Assembly (NCBI GenBank): GCA_964548195.1
Contig: CAZJQC010000002.1
Coordinates: 1 to 64,000 of the forward strand
DNA from: an uncultured bacterium
GTDB taxonomy: Bacteria > Macinerneyibacteriota > Macinerneyibacteria > Macinerneyibacteriales > DSCS01
Length of the DNA stretch: 64,000 nucleotides
Direction: 5' to 3'
The notes below the pieces were generated by a model. It saw only the letters and a program-made list of their open reading frames with translations, ran no database searches and was not told where the DNA came from. Position numbers and translations under genes: made by a program. Shown one piece after another: positions 18,729 through 28,903 of this stretch. The number at the start of each line of letters is the position of its first letter. Positions within the stretch are counted from its first letter, which is position 1.

Positions 18729-21700
18729 ACTTCATGGCTCCCCAATATACCGGATCGGGATACCTTTCTTTCAGTTCTCTGGCAGATTCCCACAAAGCTG
18801 TCTGCGGGTCCCCCCCTTCGTATATCTTACGGTAAAAATTCTTAAATAGTATTCCGGTCGCAACATCCGATATCCTCCAGAACGAAGAGATCACGGCGCC
18901 GCTGCCTCCGCTTAAAAACGCGCGGTCCAGAGCCTCTATCTCGCCGCCCTCGCCGAGCACGCCCACGCCGGTCTCACAGGCGCTGAGGACCACGAGTTCC
19001 GAACTTACGGACAACGACCGTATCTCGTCCACATCCAGAATGCCGTCCTCTCCCTTGCCGGGCGTAAGCATAAGATAAGACAGTGATGGCAGGTCCCTGT
19101 TGAAACTCCCGTGACATGCCAGATGTATGACACTGAAATCGCCCTTGCCCAGTATTTTTTTCACTTCGGACTCTGTCGCGCTCAACCCTTTCAAAAGCCT
19201 TGTCTTGCCGGGGAAGAGAAAATTCACTTCCGAAGCCTCCTTCTGCGCGAAGTAGAGTTCCAGCTCTTCAGCGCCAAGATCAGGATTTCCCACTGCCAAG
19301 ATGGCTTTCCCCTGCAGACTGTTCCGTCCGGCCTTGTCGTTTGAGGCGCCAAGGTCCGATACGTATTTTACCAGATATTTGTCTATTATGTCGCCCTCGC
19401 CCGTCTTAAGGACATAAAAAGGAACATAGTTTATCTTCCAATGGGGTGATATGACGATCTCCTTCACATCATCCGGTATGCCCCGGGGAAAAAGGATGCC
19501 GTACAGGTCTTCGGCCAGGGAAGATATATCTCCTCCGCCATCCCTGCCTGTAATGGCTGCAAGCAAAGCCTCTATTTTCTCAGATATGCCGGAATCCTTA
19601 TTGTCAATAACGGCTCCGTCGTATATTCCGTCCTGATAATAGACAGCATAGCTGCGGCCCGATGCCGTCACCGTGTAATATGAGACTGCCAGCACGTCCG
19701 AGGCACAGTCCACGGCAAAATCATCATCGTCCCATAAAGATAGCCCTGCCGGCTGATACCGGAGAAGAAGGTCGGTTTTGGCCGTGTTATAAGCATATAC
19801 GCGCTTTTTCAGGGTATCCGCATAGGACGGGTCCGCCGCTGCCAGGGAAATAGCTTCGTATACGGCATCCTTCGCGTCGTAAAACGCCTTTTTTTCCGCC
19901 GTTTCAGCTGCGGAAAGGTCCATGGTGGGGTTGTTGATGTAAAAAGACGCCCTTTTCACCATCTCCATACGGCTAAGAGCCTTCTTATAATCACGCTGTG
20001 AGAAATATATGTCAATGAGCGATTCATATACCTCCCTGTATTCCACAAAGAGCATGGTACGTAGAAGTATGTTCTCATTGTCCGCAGTCATCTCGGAGAT
20101 AATATCAAGACTTCTCTCCAAAAGAGCCCTGTCCTTCCGTGTTATGCCAAGCTTTGATGCGATCATCAGCTCTTTCTTTAACATGCCTCCTGCCCTGGCT
20201 TTTTCCAGCGCCCGTTCCATCATCGAAGCGTCTCCGGCGATAAGGCCCGCATAAAAATCCGCATCTATCGATTCTTCGTCAGTCAATCCGCCAAAAGCGG
20301 CCAGTCCATCAAAATCTTTTTTGCTTTTTATGTAATCTCCTGCCATATAGTAAGTTATGCCCCTGTTTCGAAGTATCCCTTTTAGAATATACTTATTATT
20401 CTTCTCTTTGTATTCATCCTCCAGCGCATTTAATATTTTTAATGACTCGGCGGTATCGCCTTTTTTTCTCCAGACCAGCGCCTGGTTGATCTTCAGTGTG
20501 CTGATCTGCGTCACAAGGTTGTATTTTTCCGCGGTCTCCACGGCCGTATCAAGTATGGATCCCGCGACATCGTATGATCCCGTTTCCATGAGAGACAGCG
20601 CTTTGATATTGGAGGAGATGATGAACTCTTCCAAAAGCCCTCCCGAGCGTGCTGATCTGCCCGCAGCATCGGCAAAAAATACGGATTTGAAATAATTTCC
20701 TTTTTTATATTCCAGTGCGGCCATACCCAGTGAAGCGTTGGACGCGGTTTTTTTATCATCGCTTTTTGAGAGCTCCGCAAGTGCCGCGGTGGCATATGTG
20801 TAATCACCCGTCTCTATGGCTAACAGCGCCTTTGTGAGGGTGACCGTCGCCGCGAGTCTTATGTCGGTGATTTTGGACAACAATGTCTCCGCCCTGTTGA
20901 AGTCCCGCATGTATTTGTACAATATTATGGCTTCCCTTAACAATGCGGTGTCGCTGGTCACGCTGTGCAGTTTTTTTATCGCCAAATCAAAATCACCGTT
21001 TTTTTCATACAGACCCGCCATGCGCTCCGTGTCGGCACTGCCCAGCAGATCTAAATATTCTATAGCCTTTAAATAGAAACCGTTTTTCTCGTAAAGGGCG
21101 GACATCCTGTCATAAAAGACCCCCTCCCCGTCTTCCCCTTTTAACCGCAGATACAGCCGCAGTTCATCTTCTATGAGTCCGGGAGCGTGTATATTGTCGG
21201 ATGCTATTTTTATCAGCTGATAAAGGTACTGGGACAGCATACTGTCGTCGCCCTTACGCCGCAGCAGTGGCACCATCTTTTTTATTTCCCTGAAAGCGCG
21301 GTCATACAGCCCTTCCCTGTAGTATATATAGCCGTTTTTGGAAAGGCGGCTTATCCACTGATCGACGTATTTTCCGATCTCCGGTTCGGACATATCCCTG
21401 TATGCCATGCGTATGCCGTTTATGCTGAAATACCCCACGCCGTTGTATAAAAGTGCGTTCGTAAGTGTACGCATCTCAGCACTCCGCGGGAAAGTCTCCG
21501 AGGAGAGCTGCAGGCCGTCGATGTTGCTGCTTTTACTTAGCACATCCTTTACCGACAAAGAGTCCGATATCTCGAGATCAAAGGGATTGACAGTTTCCCT
21601 GAACGCTGCCCGGGCGCGATAACTTCCGCTGATGATGCCAAAGATGGACGTCATCTCGGTATCCTCCCATACGGCGTCAATATATCTTTGTTCATAGAAA

Positions 21701-24700
21701 AGACTGAATTGTTGCAGCGAATAAAAGTTCCTTGCGGAAGGGCTGAAAGCGGCGCCGGACCTGTCTACGATAAATACCGCATCTGAGGCGATATTATCCG
21801 TCAACGCGGCGGAGTCACTTGTCAAACGGAGATACCTGTTATCGAGCCGGTAATACAGGACGTCGGAAGACAGAAGTATATCGGAGAGCAGGTCCGGGGT
21901 GATATAATAAGCTCCGATCATATTTCGTGTCGATGCAGACATAGCGTTCAGATATTCACCGTATTTACCATCCTCCCCCTTATCCATGTAATAAAAATAA
22001 TTTCCGGCGTTCACAGTGTCAAGCTGTGAGCTGAGTGCCGGCTTATATATCAGGTAGTTGACCCTCTCAAACAATGAGTCGTACGCGGCCAGAAGGGATA
22101 TTATCTCCCTGCCATATCCCTGTTCACTGATCAGGTCGGCGGCGATGGATGGGAAATGATCCGGATTTTCCAGCATCAACCTGTTGAATGCGAGGGCGTC
22201 GGAGGAGGAGGAACCCTTTATAAGCCTTTCGGCCTCCTGGAGCTCGGCCATGGCCGATGCACGGTCGCCCGCCTCCACATAATGGGACGCAAGGTCGGTA
22301 TGGATCAGATAATCGTAGAATTTGTCTTTTCCCAGTATCTGTTTCAGCCCTTCAGTAATGTCTTCCCCGGTGATATTGTTCCTGAACAGCAGAAGAAAAC
22401 GCCTTATCCCCGGTTCGTCGTATTGTCTTGACAGTTCCGCCGCGAATGACAGTGCCTTTTGCATGCGCAAAAATTCCCGTTGCTGTTCCGCGACAGAAGA
22501 TTCAAGTTTGGCATGACGCATATCAGCCGCGGAAAACCGCATAAACTGGTCTATATAAAGCAGTTTGAACATGCGCAAAAGGGCTTCGTCACCGATGGAG
22601 GCTGAATTTTCAGCCATATCGTCCAGCTCATCCATGACTTTCGGGTTATTCTGCCGGTTTTCGAAGATCTCAGAAAGCCTGTTCACCATATAAGCCTTTT
22701 TATATTTTTGCTCACGCGCAGTGGTCACGGCAGCGGAAAGCCACTTTACGCTCTCAGTCTGCCGTCCCGACTGATAGTATAGAGTGGCCAGGTTGTTATA
22801 TATGACCATGTCGGCGTATTTATTCTCAGAATGGCTGAGCTTTTCGTTATAATAATATATCGCTTTCTCAAAATCACCCATCGACTGATAGCCTTTTGCC
22901 AGTATTGAATAGGCGAGGTCCCGTTCCATCTTATTTGAGAAGCCTTTGTATGCCGATGATTCTTCCGTGCCGCCAATAGAAACATCCACATTTATGTTAA
23001 GCAGTCCCCTTTTTCCGTCCGCTTCCCCTCCGTTTTCAGTCATATTTATGACTTTGAGCGCATATTCGACCGCCTTTTCATCGTCTTTTCCAAGCAATGC
23101 ATTATAAGCGATGTTTCTGAAATAGACGATCTTTTCCTCTTCATCGATAGTTTGCGAAGAGAGCGCGTAGGCTTTTTCAAATTCTTTCACCGCCTTAAGA
23201 TGCTCTTCCATAAGCGAAAGTATAAGCCCTCTGTGGCGATGTATATAATCCATGCCGGAGATGTTCTGTTCGTCATAAAAAATGGCAAACAGCAGTGAAT
23301 CGGTCTCAAGCGCCGTCTCATACTGTTCCGTGTTGTAATAGATCTCGGAAAGCTTCAGCAAATAGTCTTTTTTTTCCCGGGTTGAATCATACGGGGGCAC
23401 CGACCTTTCCGAGAGGCGGAAATTCTCAAGTGCGTCTTCATAAAGCCCCAGCTGAAAATAGACATTTCCTATGTTTTTGTAAAAGAATCCTTTCAAAGCG
23501 GGCTCCACAGAGAGGCCTAAGCCGGTCTTGTAATCCTTTAATGCGGCTTCAAGGTAATGGCCTCTTCCCATGTTCTCAAGTCTTTCCTCGAGCCAGCCGG
23601 CTGTAAGATAATAATAGGCGTTGCCGGCTTCATCCTCGATCGCCTTCTTAATAAGCTCCAGAGAGCGCATATAAGCCGAGTATTCCCTGTCAGCGTCACC
23701 TTTGATCCCGTAATACGTCCCTGCGAAACTAAGGGCATATCCGTATAAATAGCGGGACACAGGATCTTCCGGCATGGAATGAAACCTCGATTTGTATTGG
23801 CCCGCCGTTCTTATGATATCTCCCAGCGTGTAGTCAAGTTTGATGAGTTCCCTGTTCACATTTACATCACCGCTGATCACATTTCTCATGGTCAGCAGCA
23901 TCTTACGTGCTTTGAGTGTGTCTTTTTCCTTCATGTACTTTTCCGCAAGAGACATTCCTTTGCGTTTGATGAACAGAGCGATGTCCTGATACAGTCTGCC
24001 GTTATACCCCTCTTCCAGGACGCCGGAGAAAAATTCCACCCCCTGCTCCACATACGGATCCTCGCCGAAAGAGAGAAGAAGCGACTCATACAGTATCTCT
24101 TTTGCGGGAGTCTCCCGCAAACCGCCTACTATCGACATACCCTCTTTGATGGCGGACGCGGTGTCTCCGTAGATGCTCAAGGTCTTTATCATGGCGCCTG
24201 CGGCTCCGCCCCTTATGAGTTCATTGGAGGAATTGAGCATACGCTCCATGGCATTTATGGAGTATCCCGAATCTTCCGCATACTCGCCACGCGTGCGCAA
24301 CAGCAGATCCAGCGATGACAATACCGTCTCGTCGGGCATCAGGCTGTCAGAGACAAGATCTTCCAGTATTCTCGCGCCTTCAGCGCTTTTACCGTTTTCT
24401 ATCAACGCGGCCGCGTAATGATACGACGCGCGGTTTTTGTATTTCCTGCTCCGTATGCGGCCGGCGTGGGCGGAATAATGGCGCATATAAGATTCCGGAC
24501 CTTCATTTTTGAATATGCCGTACAGCAGGTCCCAGAGCAGAAGGTCGTCATTCTCTCTCTCCGGGGCGTAAGGCTTTTCCCCTGAGCCAAAGAGACTGAT
24601 CTTTTTATAATATTTTTCATCGCCCTCCATCATCTCCCTGAAACGTTCTTTCTCCACGGCAAAGACATCTGTCATCCCTGAAGATTCAAGCTGCATGAGG

Positions 24701-25689
24701 CAGTTCGAGGCGAAGAGATACCTGTCCGCGCCTGTGTAGCTTTCCATGGCGTCTTCGGCGAGTATTACGATCTCACACGGGTCTTTGATCTTTTGCATGG
24801 CCGAAATATGGTGATACACAGATGAATAATCTTTTTTAAGAGATCTTATATCGGAATATCTCAATATGTTTCCCGTGGAGTAGACCAGAAGGCCATTGTT
24901 AATGTCAAATGAGTTTAATCCTTCCGCGTAGAACAGAAAGCGTTCTTTTCCGTTGACATTATATATTATAAAAGCCCCGTCCTTGTCGTCTCTCCGGCCA
25001 TCGCCGTCTGTATCGAACGGATGCGATATATAGTATATACCTGGGCCGATGCCGTCGCTTTTGATCGAATATTTAGGTATGACGGAAGCGTCATAAAGTT
25101 TTATGCCATCCGAATCATATATGAAGATGTTGTTGTTTTCCCCCAGGCAAAACACCCCGCCTCCGGTGCCGAATACCGCTTCTTTCGCTTTGGGCACCGC
25201 TATTGTGTCTATGACGCCGCTGTCAACGTCAAATATGTTGATAAAGGCCCCTTCCTCTTTACGGGATAAAAACAGCCCTTTTTTCCCTGACAAAGAGGGA
25301 GAGAACTCTTTCACGAAACGAGACCCGAATATTTTTTGCGACTTGGCGTCCAGGAGTATAACATCGCCTTTGACGTCTCTGGAGTTTTCGGTAAACACGG
25401 TCATGCCGCCGGACATGTCCCCCAGGACCTCGTCATATGATGTCGCGCGGAATTTACCGGACTCTCCGGAGACTATGTTTTTGAAATAGATATCGTAGTT
25501 GTTGCCCTCATATACCGTATACAACACGGTCTCTCCGTCGTCTCCGGCGGCGCAGTTGACAATTTCAGAGAGGCGGACCGAGACAGTCCCGCTTTCTTCG
25601 CGGAGAAGTCCCGCCCCTTTTCCCGCGGACACACATGAAAAAACGGCGAACAGATAAAAAGTGAACAGGCAGAGGCGTATGTATTTCAT
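18709..25689 (-). CDS. giant lipoprotein: TolB-like beta-propeller + TPR arrays + C-terminal CHAT (caspase-like) protease domain
   Basis: Signal/lipobox MKYIRLCLFTFYLFAVFS-C; TPR motifs (NIGNVYFQLGLYEDALENF, YNNLATLYYQSG); CHAT IHLACHG, VVLSACETG, ISSFWRISD, PVYWGA; start may be 25704. Confidence 0.88.
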   Translation of the reverse strand: MKYIRLCLFTFYLFAVFSCVSAGKGAGLLREESGTVSVRLSEIVNCAAGDDGETVLYTVYEGNNYDIYFKNIVSGESGKFRATSYDEVLGDMSGGMTVFTENSRDVKGDVILLDAKSQKIFGSRFVKEFSPSLSGKKGLFLSRKEEGAFINIFDVDSGVIDTIAVPKAKEAVFGTGGGVFCLGENNNIFIYDSDGIKLYDASVIPKYSIKSDGIGPGIYYISHPFDTDGDGRRDDKDGAFIIYNVNGKERFLFYAEGLNSFDINNGLLVYSTGNILRYSDIRSLKKDYSSVYHHISAMQKIKDPCEIVILAEDAMESYTGADRYLFASNCLMQLESSGMTDVFAVEKERFREMMEGDEKYYKKISLFGSGEKPYAPERENDDLLLWDLLYGIFKNEGPESYMRHYSAHAGRIRSRKYKNRASYHYAAALIENGKSAEGARILEDLVSDSLMPDETVLSSLDLLLRTRGEYAEDSGYSINAMERMLNSSNELIRGGAAGAMIKTLSIYGDTASAIKEGMSIVGGLRETPAKEILYESLLLSFGEDPYVEQGVEFFSGVLEEGYNGRLYQDIALFIKRKGMSLAEKYMKEKDTLKARKMLLTMRNVISGDVNVNRELIKLDYTLGDIIRTAGQYKSRFHSMPEDPVSRYLYGYALSFAGTYYGIKGDADREYSAYMRSLELIKKAIEDEAGNAYYYLTAGWLEERLENMGRGHYLEAALKDYKTGLGLSVEPALKGFFYKNIGNVYFQLGLYEDALENFRLSERSVPPYDSTREKKDYLLKLSEIYYNTEQYETALETDSLLFAIFYDEQNISGMDYIHRHRGLILSLMEEHLKAVKEFEKAYALSSQTIDEEEKIVYFRNIAYNALLGKDDEKAVEYALKVINMTENGGEADGKRGLLNINVDVSIGGTEESSAYKGFSNKMERDLAYSILAKGYQSMGDFEKAIYYYNEKLSHSENKYADMVIYNNLATLYYQSGRQTESVKWLSAAVTTAREQKYKKAYMVNRLSEIFENRQNNPKVMDELDDMAENSASIGDEALLRMFKLLYIDQFMRFSAADMRHAKLESSVAEQQREFLRMQKALSFAAELSRQYDEPGIRRFLLLFRNNITGEDITEGLKQILGKDKFYDYLIHTDLASHYVEAGDRASAMAELQEAERLIKGSSSSDALAFNRLMLENPDHFPSIAADLISEQGYGREIISLLAAYDSLFERVNYLIYKPALSSQLDTVNAGNYFYYMDKGEDGKYGEYLNAMSASTRNMIGAYYITPDLLSDILLSSDVLYYRLDNRYLRLTSDSAALTDNIASDAVFIVDRSGAAFSPSARNFYSLQQFSLFYEQRYIDAVWEDTEMTSIFGIISGSYRARAAFRETVNPFDLEISDSLSVKDVLSKSSNIDGLQLSSETFPRSAEMRTLTNALLYNGVGYFSINGIRMAYRDMSEPEIGKYVDQWISRLSKNGYIYYREGLYDRAFREIKKMVPLLRRKGDDSMLSQYLYQLIKIASDNIHAPGLIEDELRLYLRLKGEDGEGVFYDRMSALYEKNGFYLKAIEYLDLLGSADTERMAGLYEKNGDFDLAIKKLHSVTSDTALLREAIILYKYMRDFNRAETLLSKITDIRLAATVTLTKALLAIETGDYTYATAALAELSKSDDKKTASNASLGMAALEYKKGNYFKSVFFADAAGRSARSGGLLEEFIISSNIKALSLMETGSYDVAGSILDTAVETAEKYNLVTQISTLKINQALVWRKKGDTAESLKILNALEDEYKEKNNKYILKGILRNRGITYYMAGDYIKSKKDFDGLAAFGGLTDEESIDADFYAGLIAGDASMMERALEKARAGGMLKKELMIASKLGITRKDRALLERSLDIISEMTADNENILLRTMLFVEYREVYESLIDIYFSQRDYKKALSRMEMVKRASFYINNPTMDLSAAETAEKKAFYDAKDAVYEAISLAAADPSYADTLKKRVYAYNTAKTDLLLRYQPAGLSLWDDDDFAVDCASDVLAVSYYTVTASGRSYAVYYQDGIYDGAVIDNKDSGISEKIEALLAAITGRDGGGDISSLAEDLYGILFPRGIPDDVKEIVISPHWKINYVPFYVLKTGEGDIIDKYLVKYVSDLGASNDKAGRNSLQGKAILAVGNPDLGAEELELYFAQKEASEVNFLFPGKTRLLKGLSATESEVKKILGKGDFSVIHLACHGSFNRDLPSLSYLMLTPGKGEDGILDVDEIRSLSVSSELVVLSACETGVGVLGEGGEIEALDRAFLSGGSGAVISSFWRISDVATGILFKNFYRKIYEGGDPQTALWESARELKERYPDPVYWGAMKFNAACP

Positions 25690-26240
25690 TCTTTTATCGT
25701 CCATTCACCGTATTCATCCTGTACGTACCATCCGGACTCAGCCTCGTCCCTGAACTTTTTGGAAAAGATCTCCCTCACTTTGGGCAGATCGCCCGAATCA
25801 AGCCCCTCCGTTATATCAAGTATCCTGCCGAAGATGATCACTCTGTCGCGGTTTTCCTCATAGATGAACCTGTTGACAAACCTCGCCAGCTCTTTGTCCG
25901 ACTCCATCATACCCATGTCCCTTACGGAGATGTCAGCGTTGAGTGTCTCGCCGATAACGCCCATGTCCATGAATCGTCTGTAGTCGTCCATATTATACTG
26001 TCTGTTCTGATACGCGAGGAAGGCGCGCTTTTTCCCGTCGGATATCTTTGAGATATCATCGGGCAATGTCCTCACCGAGACCAGCAGTAGCTCATCGTTG
26101 CCTAAAAAGGAATAATTGCCGATGACCTGGTTTTCAAGTGAGGTCTTTTCACCCACAAGATTGATCTCGATGCTGGCCTTAGGGCTCAACAGTGAACATC
26201 CGCTTATGACAAGTATAAAAGCGAAAAAAATATGTCTCAT
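25686..26240 (-). CDS. DUF1318/YdbL-like lipoprotein
   Basis: Lipobox VISG-C; GVIGE...ENRDR...GWYVQDEYGEW C-terminus typical of YdbL/DUF1318. Confidence 0.75.
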   Translation of the reverse strand: MRHIFFAFILVISGCSLLSPKASIEINLVGEKTSLENQVIGNYSFLGNDELLLVSVRTLPDDISKISDGKKRAFLAYQNRQYNMDDYRRFMDMGVIGETLNADISVRDMGMMESDKELARFVNRFIYEENRDRVIIFGRILDITEGLDSGDLPKVREIFSKKFRDEAESGWYVQDEYGEWTIKE

Positions 26241-26248
26241 AAAACTCC

Positions 26249-28798
26249 TTACAGACCAAGGTCTTTCTCTTTCAATATAGCCTGAAGCGGTATTCTTCGA
26301 ATTGGTTCGACTTCGACTTTTCCAATGATAAAACCAAGTAGAAAGGAGACCACATTGGACCTTCTGAAAGTAAATTTGGGTATGATATCGACAAAACCGT
26401 TATCTACCCTGACAATTATATTCTTGGGCACGACCCCGACCATATTCAATTTTGACCGCATGCCTTTGATCTGCGGGTTCTTGCTGTCCGGGTCAAGGGA
26501 AAGAAGCGCTTTGTCTACGACGTCCTTGTCGATGCGGGTAAAGTCGCAAAAGCCGGATATCTCATTATTCAAGGACTCCATCCTTGTCACGAAAGAGACA
26601 AGAGATCGGCCTTTCTTGCCGGTGCCTTTTCGCATATTGACATCGATCGCATTCAGTGATATCGAATATTTTTTGGCGTCGATATCCGCGAAAACATCCC
26701 CGCCGATCTGTCCCTCCTGGAACGCCACTGAGATATCTGAAAGGCTTATCACTTTGTCATAAGCTGAAAGCTCAGATTCAAAATTCCTGAAGATATAGTT
26801 CTTCATGCGAAATGTCTCAATGCTTATGCGATGTGAACTGTTTTTTGCATTGATATTGTCCTTCTCGGGATTAAAACGGTAGGGTATTGAGACAGAAAGG
26901 CCGCGGAAAGAGATATCGTCATAGGTTCCGTCCTCAACAGTGCAGTCAAACACCGCATTGAAGGATTTGTCATTGCCTTCGAGCCATAGCCCTCCGTTTA
27001 TACCTTTCACGTCAATACCGTATGCGGGATAACTGAACGTTACGCCGGTCATGCGGTTGTCCGATCTGATCCTTATATCCGAAAGGTCGCCGCTGGCCTC
27101 AAGGTCAAAGTGTATGATCCCCTCAATGTCCGCATCGTCAAGCCCCGAATATATCTTTTTCATTTCATTAAGGTCTATCTGTGAATCTGTCAGCGTCAGG
27201 TCTACAGTCTTTTTGCCGAAGTCATCAAGATATCCGTTCAGGACAAACCTGCTGTTTCTACCGCTTTCAAGCCGCATGTCATCAAAGTATAAAAAGCCGC
27301 GTGCCGGTTCCACGATCACATTGCCGGAAAGATTGAGATATTTTGAGGCGATCGTGTTGCCGCCCGCCCGGAAATCGATATTTGTCGCTGAAAGAGATGT
27401 GCTCAATGCAAGCGAAGTGTCCGTATCTCCTTTAAACGACATAATGCCGTTGAATTTCGCATACAGAGGTATGCCGAAATAGTTCAGAAATGTCATGTCT
27501 TCAAGGACAAGGTTATAATCTATTTTGTTCAACGTCTCGGATCTGCCCGATATCGAGAGGCTGCCGCCAAAACTATTGAATGAAAAATCGTCAAGGACTA
27601 TTCCGTATACTTCTTTCATTCCCCGTAGCCTTAAAGCGCATCGAAGCCTGATATCGTTGAACTCCATGTTTGTCTTTTTATAGGCCACGCGGGGGAAATC
27701 GCATGCGACAGATATCGCCGCATCCGAAAGCCTCCCGTTCAGGGTTATCTCCGCCGCGCCGCTCACCTCTGCCCCGAAGGCATTCAGATCAAGACCTGAG
27801 AGACGGAGCGAGCCTGAGACAGAATCGTCCTCCGCAGAGCCTTTTATGACTATGCGTCCCGAAGTCTTCAATGGATATTTGCTGCCGGTAAAGCGTTCGG
27901 CAAGCCTGAGCAGCCTGCCTATGTCCATGTCAGCCCTTAGCTCCCGGACATTATATTCAGAGAGGGCATAATCTTCATCATAACGGAGGCTTCCCCGGCA
28001 TAAAGCCACGGGTATGTCATCACCGGAAAGGGATATCTTGTCGATATTCACCACCCGGGACGACATGTCGCCTTTGATCTCGGCCTTAAAGGATGCCCCT
28101 CCCATAATATCCTCCCGGGGTATTTCCGCGGAAAGATCAAGGTCAAAAAGGCCTCCATCTTTTTGAAAAAAGCATGAGACATCAAGGTCCAGGCTGTCAT
28201 TGGCGTAAAGGTCCGATGCCACCGCCGCGGGAGAATCCGTGACAAGAGAGAATTCCATGTCTACATCCTCAAGGGTCCCGCCGGGTGAAAACACGCTTAA
28301 GGACAGGTCGACAAGTCCGGTGCGCACCATGCCCGCATCGTTTATGACAGTTATGCTCATCCCCGATATTGTGAGGTCTTTAAGCGAGAACCGCGGCAAT
28401 CGCGGCGAAGGCTGTTCAGAGACATCCGGCGATTGTTGCGTTTTAGCGGGTGGCTTCGCCATGTCGGCGGGCCGCAGCACCGCTACCGGCGATCTCGCGT
28501 ATATTCTGCTCACTGCGGGCGTGCCGGACAGAGTCCTCAGTGGAGATACTGTTATAGCCAACTCATGGCATTTAAAATCAACCGCCTCATTCTCATAACT
28601 CAAATGCCTAAGCCTTACGCTCCACGGCAGAAGACAGGTGATCTCAATACTTTTCAGTCCGTCTATCTTGGATATCAGCATATGCTCCCCCGCCGCAGAG
28701 GAAAAAAAGACAGAAGCCGCTAAAGCGATGTTCCAAAAAGACAATAAGGCGACGGCTGCAACGGAAGCCGCCGTTAAGAATATTTTTTTGATTTTCAT
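26249..28798 (-). CDS. AsmA-like/YdbH-like inner-membrane-anchored beta-taco protein
   Basis: Single N-terminal TM, then ~800 aa of alternating amphipathic beta-strands (e.g. FNSFGGSLSISG, AFQEGQIGGDV); upstream of a DUF1318 gene as in ydbH-ynbE-ydbL. Confidence 0.72.
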   Translation of the reverse strand: MKIKKIFLTAASVAAVALLSFWNIALAASVFFSSAAGEHMLISKIDGLKSIEITCLLPWSVRLRHLSYENEAVDFKCHELAITVSPLRTLSGTPAVSRIYARSPVAVLRPADMAKPPAKTQQSPDVSEQPSPRLPRFSLKDLTISGMSITVINDAGMVRTGLVDLSLSVFSPGGTLEDVDMEFSLVTDSPAAVASDLYANDSLDLDVSCFFQKDGGLFDLDLSAEIPREDIMGGASFKAEIKGDMSSRVVNIDKISLSGDDIPVALCRGSLRYDEDYALSEYNVRELRADMDIGRLLRLAERFTGSKYPLKTSGRIVIKGSAEDDSVSGSLRLSGLDLNAFGAEVSGAAEITLNGRLSDAAISVACDFPRVAYKKTNMEFNDIRLRCALRLRGMKEVYGIVLDDFSFNSFGGSLSISGRSETLNKIDYNLVLEDMTFLNYFGIPLYAKFNGIMSFKGDTDTSLALSTSLSATNIDFRAGGNTIASKYLNLSGNVIVEPARGFLYFDDMRLESGRNSRFVLNGYLDDFGKKTVDLTLTDSQIDLNEMKKIYSGLDDADIEGIIHFDLEASGDLSDIRIRSDNRMTGVTFSYPAYGIDVKGINGGLWLEGNDKSFNAVFDCTVEDGTYDDISFRGLSVSIPYRFNPEKDNINAKNSSHRISIETFRMKNYIFRNFESELSAYDKVISLSDISVAFQEGQIGGDVFADIDAKKYSISLNAIDVNMRKGTGKKGRSLVSFVTRMESLNNEISGFCDFTRIDKDVVDKALLSLDPDSKNPQIKGMRSKLNMVGVVPKNIIVRVDNGFVDIIPKFTFRRSNVVSFLLGFIIGKVEVEPIRRIPLQAILKEKDLGL

Positions 28799-28804
28799 CC
28801 GGTT

Positions 28805-28833
28805 AGTATAACAATTCTTTCTATACTTTGCAA
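28805..28833 (-). promoter_or_regulatory. promoter of the AsmA-DUF1318-CHAT operon, likely leaderless
   Basis: TTGCAA, 17 nt, (TGT)TATACT, 6 nt, ATG 28798; no SD. Confidence 0.65.
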
Positions 28834-28846
28834 CCGAATTGCCTGG

Positions 28847-28889
28847 CAAAACGGCCGATCCGGCGCAAAAAAACGTCGGGACCGGCCGT
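28847..28889 (-). terminator. terminator after valS
   Basis: Minus strand ACGGCCGGTCCCGACG-loop-CGCCGGATCGGCCGT-TTTG hairpin. Confidence 0.6.
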
Positions 28890-28903
28890 CATCAAAGATC
28901 CGC

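Noticed and set aside
18709..25704. CHAT protein as a CRISPR type III-E (Craspase) or cytoplasmic anti-phage effector
   Set aside because: No cas genes, CRISPR array, gasdermin-like or other defence partner in the window, and the protein has a lipoprotein signal.
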